A DNA stretch of 64,000 nucleotides from a virus (taxonomy: Duplodnaviria > Caudoviricetes), in IMG/VR virus record IMGVR_UViG_3300017565_000002, positions 1-64,000 of that record; one strand, written 5' to 3'. Positions within the stretch are counted from its first letter, which is position 1. Each line of letters opens with the position of its first letter. The notes beneath the pieces are model-generated. The model worked only from the letters and a program-made list of their open reading frames with translations, ran no database searches and was not told the origin of the DNA. The position numbers and the translations under genes were made by a program. Positions 56,541 through 64,000 of the stretch are shown here, in pieces.

Positions 56541-56809
56541 GGGGGCGCTAAGCCCCTTTTACTGGGACATAGAGGGGCGGACGGGCGGGATCTGTGAAGT
56601 GCAAGGAAGAAGAAAACTAGAAATCCCTAGAGATCTCCCCGAGAGGGGAGGAGCCCTTGACCCCCGTAGGGTAAAGAGGAAAAACAGCTCAGTGGTGAAG
56701 AAGGGTCTTGGAAGGGGTAGGACAGAGGACGAGCGAAGGCGAGACCCCCGTGTAGAGGGAGAGTACGTGTTCAAATAAATCTACCAGAAGAATGAGACAA
56801 TTCTTCTGG
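56541..56809. other. GC-rich structured non-coding element (ncRNA or origin/packaging site candidate)
   Basis: 58% GC and 67% purine over 56541-56760 (hand count); several hairpins and a G3 x4 motif; adjacent to a 40-nt 10%-GC tract. Confidence 0.55.
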
Positions 56810-56878
56810 ACTAAACTTTATTCTTTTAACCATTAGATAAGCAGAATGGATAGAACTTATCGAAATGAGGGATGAAAT

Positions 56879-57733
56879 ATGGGTAAGCTATTACAGGATT
56901 ATATAAAGCACAGAGAGATAGAAAGAGAATCTCAAAAGAGAAGAGAGAACTTCTTCTTCTTAGGAGGATTCATAAGTATCTTCTCGATTATTATTATTCT
57001 ATATGTGGCAATCTATTACGTAGAGCAGCATGATCCAACAAAAGATCTATACTTCTATCCATCGACAAAAACAGAAGCAAAGTCAGAAAAGGGAGAAGTC
57101 TATCAGATTGAAAATATATTCCCAGCTTATGATAACTACAACTTCTTCTTAGAGAAAAAAGCTGTGAACTATAAAACCATGTATGGATTAATTGGGAGAA
57201 AGTTTGATATTCATTCTTTCAGGGAATCCTATGAGTTTAGTATTATCAAAAATCCCGATAACGATATTGCAAATGGGTATGGTATTAAGAGATACTACAT
57301 CTACTCATTAATCAACGATAAAGATCCGGTAGCTATCTTATATGTAGAGAAAAGTGAAGGCATGATCATAGGTGTAACAAGTCCTTATTTGATTAATGCA
57401 GAGTTTAAGGATATGACACTCAATGGTTCTAACTTTACAGAGGTAACGAGATTGAATGATTTTATGATAGGAGAAGACAAGAAGCATTATACCTTTACCC
57501 ATTATGGGGGAGACTTATACTTAGCAACGACAGAAGGTAACGAGTATGGATATAAGAGTAATGATCCTTTAATCTATACAGCAACCATCTACAGTAAGAA
57601 GTCGATTAATTCAATCTTACAACTGATTGATTTCTATAAGGATAATGAAAACTACGTCACAGCATACTTTTCAATCTTCTTAAACGATAAGTATCAAGTT
57701 ATCTATCAAACACTCGTCAAAGAGAAAGGGTGA
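56879..57733 (+). CDS. Single-pass membrane protein with extracellular domain
   Basis: TM FFFLGGFISIFSIIIILYVAIYY near the N-terminus. Confidence 0.75.
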   Translation: MGKLLQDYIKHREIERESQKRRENFFFLGGFISIFSIIIILYVAIYYVEQHDPTKDLYFYPSTKTEAKSEKGEVYQIENIFPAYDNYNFFLEKKAVNYKTMYGLIGRKFDIHSFRESYEFSIIKNPDNDIANGYGIKRYYIYSLINDKDPVAILYVEKSEGMIIGVTSPYLINAEFKDMTLNGSNFTEVTRLNDFMIGEDKKHYTFTHYGGDLYLATTEGNEYGYKSNDPLIYTATIYSKKSINSILQLIDFYKDNENYVTAYFSIFLNDKYQVIYQTLVKEKG

Positions 57734-57752
57734 GAGGAGAAATCCTCTCACC
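57729..57752. terminator. Bidirectional terminator with GAAA loop
   Basis: ggtgagagga-GAAA-tcctctcacc between convergent genes. Confidence 0.8.
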
Positions 57753-57761
57753 TTCTTTTAT

Positions 57762-58709
57762 TTAATCTACGATATCCGATACATTCTTCTCAATCTTCTT
57801 ATAGATGGTATTCAGGTTAACCCCAATCTCTGTGGTAATCTTATTGACATTGACTGTACCAGAGAGACAAGCGGTAGATATCAGCATATAGAAGAAGTAG
57901 GGGATATATTCTGGTGCAAACATGGTGGTTGATCCATAGGATAAAGACCAACGATCTACAAAGTTTTGGAAGGTTACTTTCTTCATCTCTGGAAATACAC
58001 GAACCAAGCTTTCGATAAAAGTTTTCAAATCTTCGTAAGAAGAATTCTCTCCATACATTTTAAACTTGGCATCTAACGCTGCAATGTTTTCTTTCGAGTT
58101 ATACTTAAGCAAGTTTCCATAAGGATTCGTGAATACCTTATCTGGACCATAGATATTGTAGAAGTAGAAGTTCGTGGTGAGGTATTGAAGTTTTTCCCTT
58201 TTAAGCTGATCCACATAAGCAAGATTGCTTATAATGTTTGTAAACAATCGTGCATAGATCATATACGTATCTCTTGCATAGGAGAGGATACTATCATCGA
58301 TGATCAAACCAAATGCAGCGGACAATAACATCGCATACAACGTATTCGGTGCAATATTGATCCGACCATCTTTATGCATGGTACAGAAATTTGTGATATT
58401 GACCACAATACATACCCGACCATTCTCTTGCTTACGGAAAAAAGGAATGGCATTTGTCAAACGCATCTGATCATTGTAGACCATTTTAATCTTTCCACTT
58501 TTGACGAGCTTATCAATGGCATACTTAGCAAAGTACGGAGAAGTACGAGAGGTGATATCTGACATTACATCTTCAATCATCTCATACTCAATTTCGATTG
58601 TACCATTCTTCCGTAGACTATAAGCCATAATAGTCTGGGTTAAACTTTGATTCGTAGCTTGTTCAGCAAACGTATAGATTGAAGACGTGATCAGGGACTT
58701 AAGTGCCAT
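57762..58709 (-). CDS. Putative virion structural protein
   Basis: 315-aa ORF, SD GGAGGT, AACA-N6-TG promoter variant at 58762-58773. Confidence 0.55.
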   Translation of the reverse strand: MALKSLITSSIYTFAEQATNQSLTQTIMAYSLRKNGTIEIEYEMIEDVMSDITSRTSPYFAKYAIDKLVKSGKIKMVYNDQMRLTNAIPFFRKQENGRVCIVVNITNFCTMHKDGRINIAPNTLYAMLLSAAFGLIIDDSILSYARDTYMIYARLFTNIISNLAYVDQLKREKLQYLTTNFYFYNIYGPDKVFTNPYGNLLKYNSKENIAALDAKFKMYGENSSYEDLKTFIESLVRVFPEMKKVTFQNFVDRWSLSYGSTTMFAPEYIPYFFYMLISTACLSGTVNVNKITTEIGVNLNTIYKKIEKNVSDIVD

Positions 58710-58817
58710 TAGGAATACCTCCTATATTGTCATGTAATTAGAGAATCTCCGATAAATCTTTCAATTACTTGTTTTATAATAAAAAGAGGGAGAGTCTTGA
58801 TGACTCTCCTTTGATAT

Positions 58818-59816
58818 TTAATCTTTCTTATCATTACTTGCTTTCGGGCTACCACCCTTTTTAGTCAGTTCCTTAATCAATGCTGTGGTATAAGACATTG
58901 CTCGCCAGAAGATATTGATCGCAGTGGTGATAAACTGTAATAATGCATCCATAGTACCAGTCATGATTGCAAGACCACCACGTCGTTTATGCTCATCCAA
59001 GTCTCCCTTTATTCTCGTATTCAGGAAGGCACGTTCAAGTTGTCCAAGCTCGGAGATAATCTTGGTTTTCAACGGATTCAAATTCTTAAACATCTTCGCA
59101 CAGGTATCCAATGCTTTAGCGAGACCTGATAGATTTAGCGAGGATATACTATGACTGGTTTTATTCCCAAAGAATGCAGTGGATGCACCTTGAGGGGTGA
59201 AACCATCTTTAGTTTTTTCCAAGTGGAACAATTCCCCGATCCACTTATTCAATAATTCTTGTTTTGTATCTTCCCGTATACCGTTTATTTTTACACCACG
59301 TCTGGATGCATCAACCATTGCTTTTTCCATCTCTGGTGATGTGCCATTCTTGGCAAATCCTTCGAGTGCACCAAACGATTTAACGGCAATATCCAATACC
59401 TTATTGGGTTCGATATCAGAGATCTTCATTAACCCCTCTGGGTAACTGATGGTTCCAGAGAGATTCTTTATATCGAGATTATCTATCTTCCTTTTTAAAT
59501 CATCTACATGTGCTTCGAAAGAACCCTTAAACTTATCCATCATCCAGTTTAAGAATTTTGCAATCTTCTCTTTGATGTAAGAGATGAAAATCTTGAATCG
59601 GTTTCCAAACTCCTCTTGTGCTTCGACGAATAACTGATCCGAAGATTCAAGTAGTTTATCGAACCCGGAGAGAGATTCAAATAATTCATAGGATTCAATA
59701 ATCCAAGATGAATTACGGAATTCGTTTTCATCAGTGATTGTGAAGTCTAGTGTATCACCAGATGGATCAACGATGTCACCCTCACGAATCATTCTAAGTC
59801 TTTCGTGGATATTCAT
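58818..59816 (-). CDS. Putative inner-head protein, paralog 1
   Basis: MNIHERLRMIREG tag, Glu-rich propeptide-like N-terminus, amphipathic FISYIKEKIAKFLNWM helix. Confidence 0.6.
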   Translation of the reverse strand: MNIHERLRMIREGDIVDPSGDTLDFTITDENEFRNSSWIIESYELFESLSGFDKLLESSDQLFVEAQEEFGNRFKIFISYIKEKIAKFLNWMMDKFKGSFEAHVDDLKRKIDNLDIKNLSGTISYPEGLMKISDIEPNKVLDIAVKSFGALEGFAKNGTSPEMEKAMVDASRRGVKINGIREDTKQELLNKWIGELFHLEKTKDGFTPQGASTAFFGNKTSHSISSLNLSGLAKALDTCAKMFKNLNPLKTKIISELGQLERAFLNTRIKGDLDEHKRRGGLAIMTGTMDALLQFITTAINIFWRAMSYTTALIKELTKKGGSPKASNDKKD

Positions 59817-59844
59817 ATGTGGTTTTCCTCCTTGAAGCTGTAAT

Positions 59845-59856
59845 TAATTAGCTGTT
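59845..59856 (-). promoter_or_regulatory. Late-type promoter AACA-N6-TA
   Basis: AACAgctaatTA. Confidence 0.7.
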
Positions 59857-59867
59857 TAAAAAGGAAA

Positions 59868-59894
59868 GTAGAAGGGAGTCAGTCTCCCTTCTAC
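59868..59894 (-). terminator. Intrinsic terminator
   Basis: gtagaagggag/ctcccttctac stem. Confidence 0.75.
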
Positions 59895-59902
59895 GTCTCA
59901 AG

Positions 59903-60880
59903 CTACTCTTTATTCTTAGAACTCTTCACAAGCGTATTCGCAATACGAGCGAAATGATCCAGTGCCTTCCAGAAGATATTCAGTATGAAGGTGATGCACG
60001 TCAGCATCGCATCCATAGCACCCATGATCGCAGAGAGAATTCTTCTCCTTTCGTTGTCTTTCAATTTAGGACTGAAGGTAGTTCTTTCAAGTTGTCCTAA
60101 TTTAGAGACGAGTGTAGATTTTACGCTTGAGATACCATTGAATACACCAACGGTGGAATCTAGACCTTTTGTGAAGCGAGCCGTGTTTATCTCAGAAAGT
60201 TCTACTTCCTCAGTATCCCCGAAAATTTGTGAATCGATGACACTTTGCGAAATTTCGCCTTTTTCTGTTACGAGTCCTTTCATGTCGAATAACTCACGCA
60301 TGATTTGTTCTATGGTATTGTGTTTAACGGCCTTCCGTATGTCCGAGCTGGACGCGTTTTGGTCATTGGCGATATCCCCTACCAACCCGTCCATTATATC
60401 TTTGGAGTCACCGGTGCTCATATAGCGTTGAATCATTTGATGTAATTCACCAAATGCTCCAGCGATATCCGAAGCCTTGATTTCCTCAATTGCTTCTAAA
60501 TTCTCCGGTACTGCAATTGTTCCCTTTAAGTCACTGGTGTTTATCGACGATAGCTGTTTCTTTATCGCTTGAACCTTGGATTCATAGGTTCCTTTGAATT
60601 TCGCCATCATCCAGTTTAAGAATTTTGCAATCTTCTCTTTGATGTAAGAGATGAAGACTTTGAAGTGACTACCGGATTCTTCTCTCGTTTCTAAGAAGAG
60701 ATCAGACGATTCCAGCAGTGCATCAAACCCGGAGAGAGATTCAAATAGTTCATAGGATTCAACAATCCAAGATGAATTTTGGAACTCATTCTCATCTGTG
60801 ATTGTAAAGTCCAGTGTTTTACCGGAAGGTTCAATGATATCCCCTTCTCGGATTAGTCTAAGTCTTTCATGAATATTCAT
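59903..60880 (-). CDS. Putative inner-head protein, paralog 2
   Basis: First ~95 aa nearly identical to paralog 1, including a shared 48-nt exact DNA block. Confidence 0.6.
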   Translation of the reverse strand: MNIHERLRLIREGDIIEPSGKTLDFTITDENEFQNSSWIVESYELFESLSGFDALLESSDLFLETREESGSHFKVFISYIKEKIAKFLNWMMAKFKGTYESKVQAIKKQLSSINTSDLKGTIAVPENLEAIEEIKASDIAGAFGELHQMIQRYMSTGDSKDIMDGLVGDIANDQNASSSDIRKAVKHNTIEQIMRELFDMKGLVTEKGEISQSVIDSQIFGDTEEVELSEINTARFTKGLDSTVGVFNGISSVKSTLVSKLGQLERTTFSPKLKDNERRRILSAIMGAMDAMLTCITFILNIFWKALDHFARIANTLVKSSKNKE

Positions 60881-60906
60881 GTATATTTCCTCCTTAGTCT
60901 ATCGTT

Positions 60907-60918
60907 TAATTACTTGTT
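60907..60918 (-). promoter_or_regulatory. Late-type promoter AACA-N6-TA
   Basis: AACAagtaatTA. Confidence 0.7.
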
Positions 60919-60957
60919 TAAAAAGTGAAGGAAGGGGAAGAAATCCCCTCTCTTTAG

Positions 60958-61875
60958 TTATTTTGACTTTTCAATCATGATATGCAATAGGTTATACATA
61001 ATGATCGCGGACTTCAGCATAACACGAGCTAGGGTATTGTATACGATAAGAGATGCGTTGTATAGTTTTGGTGCTGCATCCATTGCCAGCTCAATATACA
61101 CAGGGTTCTTACTATTTTTGATGAGTTTATCTAGGTTTGTAATATCTGCTCTGAGTGTATATTGCCACTTGCTACTACTTTGCTCGAACTCTTTTACAAT
61201 TGTTTGGAACTGTCTGATAAGTGTGCGTTTGGAAATATCATTTACCTTAACTGATTCTACTGGTCCAAAGATGAACTTTGACATGGCATCCACATCAGAT
61301 GTATCAATCTTGTATCCCCTGAAGACTACAAACCTAAGGTAGTTTTCAGCGATATGCTCTGCTGATGGTGCGACACCATGATTATTCACATATTCGGTAA
61401 ACGCACCACGAGGGAGTTCATTCGCTACGCCTGTTTCAAGAATACTATTCATTGCATCACGCATGACTTCTTGTAGCATAGGTAAGATAACCGTAATATC
61501 AATCTGTGGTTCAGTTAGGAACTTAGGGATACTCTGGACCATGGCTGGATCGGAGAACTCCCTTATCTTAGATGCATTCCGATTGACGTGATCCAGTCTC
61601 CGTCCGAAGTCAGCCTCTACTTTCTGTGTGAATAAACGGAAGAAGCTGATGATTTTGTCTATGATAAAACGGAGAAGGTCTTTGAATCGTTCATATAGAT
61701 GATAACGATTCTGTTTCATATCTGCATATATTGCACCCAAACTAGATTCTTGCATAAGTGTCTGTGCGTTAGCTATTTGATAGTAGGCTTGCTCGAATGT
61801 GAGTGTCTTGTACGAATCATTGGTTTCTACAAAGACACCCTCTGTGATCATCTTAATGCGCTCTGCAATATTCAT
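60958..61875 (-). CDS. Putative inner-head protein, paralog 3 (divergent)
   Basis: MNIAERIKMITEG tag, FKDLLRFIIDKIISFF helix. Confidence 0.55.
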   Translation of the reverse strand: MNIAERIKMITEGVFVETNDSYKTLTFEQAYYQIANAQTLMQESSLGAIYADMKQNRYHLYERFKDLLRFIIDKIISFFRLFTQKVEADFGRRLDHVNRNASKIREFSDPAMVQSIPKFLTEPQIDITVILPMLQEVMRDAMNSILETGVANELPRGAFTEYVNNHGVAPSAEHIAENYLRFVVFRGYKIDTSDVDAMSKFIFGPVESVKVNDISKRTLIRQFQTIVKEFEQSSSKWQYTLRADITNLDKLIKNSKNPVYIELAMDAAPKLYNASLIVYNTLARVMLKSAIIMYNLLHIMIEKSK

Positions 61876-61946
61876 GATTTACCTCCTGTATCTGGTGTAT
61901 TTTAATTTGAAAGTGAGAATCATGATGATTTCCATATTTTTCATTC

Positions 61947-61972
61947 TATTTAGCTGTTTGAACATAGAGGTA
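61947..61972. promoter_or_regulatory. Back-to-back divergent late promoters
   Basis: TA-tttagc-TGTT-tg-AACA-tagagg-TA serving 61875(-) and 62005(+). Confidence 0.7.
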
Positions 61973-62004
61973 AGCAGTTAACTTAACATCTAGGAGGCAC
62001 AACC

Positions 62005-62778
62005 ATGAGTATTGAAGTAACTGTAAGTGTAACGTTGCCAATAGACGATGCCAAGGCCCTGCTCTCATTTCTGGCAGGTATGAATGCACCTGTGATCATT
62101 GATCCGCCTATACCGGAGGGTGATGATCCGGTGGATGATATCCCAGATGTACCACCACCTCAAATTATGTATGAGACAAAGGTTATCTATGGTGTAAACT
62201 TTAGGAGTATTCCTAATACATCATCGGAAAGCTATGTCTATCGCATGATACCTAAGGGTGAGGATATACATGTCATTGAGCAAATAGACGATGGTTGGCT
62301 TAAGATTATTGTTCAGGATGGTACGGTAGGTTATATTTCCGCCCTTCCCAAATATACAACCTATTCGCAATCCTCCGATCAAGATAAAACAGCGGACAAG
62401 CTTATTAGCTATGGAGAATCTTTCATGGGTGCTCCCTATAAATTTGGTGCAAAGATGGACGAGCTTGTAGATGGTGTTAGGGTATTCGACTGCTCGTCAT
62501 TTGTAAAGACAGTATTCCGGGATGTATTAGGTATATCACTACCTAGAGTATCGAAAGACCAAGCAACGGTTGGTACTGATGTGAATAAAGAAAATCTCCA
62601 AAAAGGAGATCTAGTATTTTTCACAAGTCGGAATCTGCCTGTTGGACATGTTGCAATATACGCCGGGAATGATAGACTTCTCCATACCTATTCGATTGCA
62701 TCCGGTGGTGTCAGATATACCGGATTTAAAGGAACTCAGTGGGAAGATCGGTTTACAAGTGCAAGACGTCATATTTAA
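62005..62778 (+). CDS. SH3b + NlpC/P60 peptidoglycan endopeptidase
   Basis: VNFRSIP...KGE.IHVIEQ.DDGWLKI (SH3); FDCSSFV...GDLVFF...GHVAIY...LLH (C-H-H triad). Confidence 0.9.
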   Translation: MSIEVTVSVTLPIDDAKALLSFLAGMNAPVIIDPPIPEGDDPVDDIPDVPPPQIMYETKVIYGVNFRSIPNTSSESYVYRMIPKGEDIHVIEQIDDGWLKIIVQDGTVGYISALPKYTTYSQSSDQDKTADKLISYGESFMGAPYKFGAKMDELVDGVRVFDCSSFVKTVFRDVLGISLPRVSKDQATVGTDVNKENLQKGDLVFFTSRNLPVGHVAIYAGNDRLLHTYSIASGGVRYTGFKGTQWEDRFTSARRHI

Positions 62779-62788
62779 GAAAAATATA

Positions 62789-62812
62789 ACCCTCTGCAAT
62801 TATGCAGAGGGT
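62789..62812. terminator. Bidirectional terminator
   Basis: accctctgca/tgcagagggt stem between convergent genes. Confidence 0.8.
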
Positions 62813-62817
62813 CTTTT

Positions 62818-63420
62818 TCAATTCGAGTATTTTTCAACAAGTCTGTCGAACTCGCCAATATAGAACTCAAGTTTAGCGATATTCTTTTTCAGTTTAGCTA
62901 CCTTTCTCTTATCGGAAAAATTTGAAGATGCTGAAAGTTCGGATACCCGTTTTTCCAGCTCCTTCTTGAATTTAAGGGCCTCGGATTTATATTCCTTTGC
63001 GGTTTTGGCATCCATACCACCAATAGCACGGGCCCTCGAAAATAATCGTGTGATCATTGCATAATTCCCGAACCACATATAACTACCTCTGGTCGTAGTC
63101 AACTGATTGACCAGTTTGAGGTCCTTCAATATTTTACTAGGAGGCAATGTGCTCATGTATGCTTTATATCCAGTCTTAACTTTTTGCCAAGCTGAGGCGT
63201 CCTTGGACTTTTCGGCTTCCGACGATTGTTTGATCAAATCGACCAAGGAAGCACCGCCAGCCGCCTCAAACATATATCCATCTACATTTTCGGTCTCAGA
63301 TAAAAAGAATTCCAACGCTGTCTCTTTTAGAAATTCTTCTTCATCTTCATCAAACGCCACGTCCAAATCTTCCAAGGCTTCTCCTTCTCGGATTAGTCGT
63401 ATGCGATCTTTAATATCCAT
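62818..63420 (-). CDS. Putative processed head protein carrying the IREG N-terminal tag
   Basis: MDIKDRIRLIREG, acidic propeptide-like first ~55 aa ending MFE-AAGG, basic mature part. Confidence 0.55.
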   Translation of the reverse strand: MDIKDRIRLIREGEALEDLDVAFDEDEEEFLKETALEFFLSETENVDGYMFEAAGGASLVDLIKQSSEAEKSKDASAWQKVKTGYKAYMSTLPPSKILKDLKLVNQLTTTRGSYMWFGNYAMITRLFSRARAIGGMDAKTAKEYKSEALKFKKELEKRVSELSASSNFSDKRKVAKLKKNIAKLEFYIGEFDRLVEKYSN

Positions 63421-63444
63421 GCTCTAACCTCCATTGATTTCGAT

Positions 63445-63456
63445 TATGATAATGTT
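63445..63456 (-). promoter_or_regulatory. Late-type promoter AACA-N6-TA
   Basis: AACAttatcaTA. Confidence 0.65.
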
Positions 63457-63510
63457 ATAAACGACCACTGCTTGGACATATTACCATACTTTGGCTCGGG
63501 AGATGAAGAA

Positions 63511-64000
63511 ATGATACCTATATTTTCAGAACCATCCAATCATACTACGTATCGAAATACATCAGGTGTAGTTGTACCTTCAGTTACAAGCATTATTCAT
63601 ATGATAAATAAACCCGAATTGGTACACTGGGCTAACTCTTTAGGGTTTAAGAGGAAGAGTGTTAGTAAAGAGTTAGACGTATCTGCTTATATTGGTGATA
63701 TTACACACAAGTTGGTGGAAATCTATACTACAACGGGTAAATACTCATATGATATTATAGATCGCAAAGGTCCAGTCGAGAGATTAGGAATTAAAAATGC
63801 ATTCCTATCCTTTCTCCAGATGTATAAGACCGAGCACCCTCATATCGAAATTCATGATACAGAAGTTCAATTGGCCGGAGAGAAATTTGGTGGGACAACT
63901 GACCTTTTGGCTAAATATCATGGTAAGTTTACTATAGGAGATTACAAGACTAGCAAAGGATTCTATCCTACGATGTTTTTACAAATTGCAGGATACGATC
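63511..64000 (+). CDS. PD-(D/E)XK (Cas4/AddB-like) exonuclease, 3-prime truncated by window edge
   Basis: Not in ORF track. MIPIFSEPSNH...VPSVTSII...LVHWAN...GDITHKLVE...FGGTTDLL...IGDYKTSK...LQIAGY. Confidence 0.8.
   Translation, partial: MIPIFSEPSNHTTYRNTSGVVVPSVTSIIHMINKPELVHWANSLGFKRKSVSKELDVSAYIGDITHKLVEIYTTTGKYSYDIIDRKGPVERLGIKNAFLSFLQMYKTEHPHIEIHDTEVQLAGEKFGGTTDLLAKYHGKFTIGDYKTSKGFYPTMFLQIAGYD

Noticed and set aside
56559-56774. 71-aa minus-strand ORF across the GC-rich island
   Set aside because: S/R/P/L low-complexity translation expected from the pyrimidine-rich strand; no SD or promoter motif
56541-56809. tmRNA, RNase P, SRP or tRNA identity for the island
   Set aside because: GGGGC start and GAGGAA resemble fragments only; no TPsiC arm/CCA end, no GAGGAAAGUCC, no SRP loop motif recognised
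1-64000. Nuclear shell (chimallin), PhuZ tubulin, Ugi, dCTP deaminase or tRNA genes
   Set aside because: None recognisable in this window; they may lie elsewhere in the genome, so absence here is uninformative

Overview
64-kb segment of a large tailed-phage (jumbo myovirus-like) genome of the AR9/PBS1-phiKZ-related type. The host is probably a Paenibacillus-like Bacillales member (SLH, copper-amine-oxidase-like stalk, NAGPA and SH3-NlpC/P60 domains). The window encodes three pieces of split multisubunit RNA polymerases: a 1390-aa beta, a beta-prime C-terminal piece and a beta-prime N-terminal piece with the DxDGD triad. It also encodes RNase H, a kinase-fold protein, a minimal DNA-polymerase-like protein, a polyphosphate kinase 1, baseplate/virion proteins, a cell-wall-hydrolase block, a ~20-kb tail-fibre/receptor-binding block (beta-propeller and LamG repeats), a family of paralogous putative inner-head proteins and a truncated PD-(D/E)XK nuclease. 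Two promoter classes can be read directly from intergenic DNA: TATATAT(T/C)AT (early-type) and AACA-N6-TA (AR9 late-type, 14 exact copies just upstream of genes). The most interesting leads are (i) a degenerate ThyX homolog lacking its catalytic motif, in a phage whose late promoters match a uracil-DNA-reading polymerase, (ii) a 58%-GC, purine-skewed, hairpin- and G-quadruplex-containing non-coding island at 56.5-56.8 kb, (iii) a phage PPK1 followed by a stand-alone acidic micropeptide, and (iv) a shared N-terminal MNIxERxRxIxEG tag on four late proteins. All homology calls come from motif recognition by eye; no database search was run.
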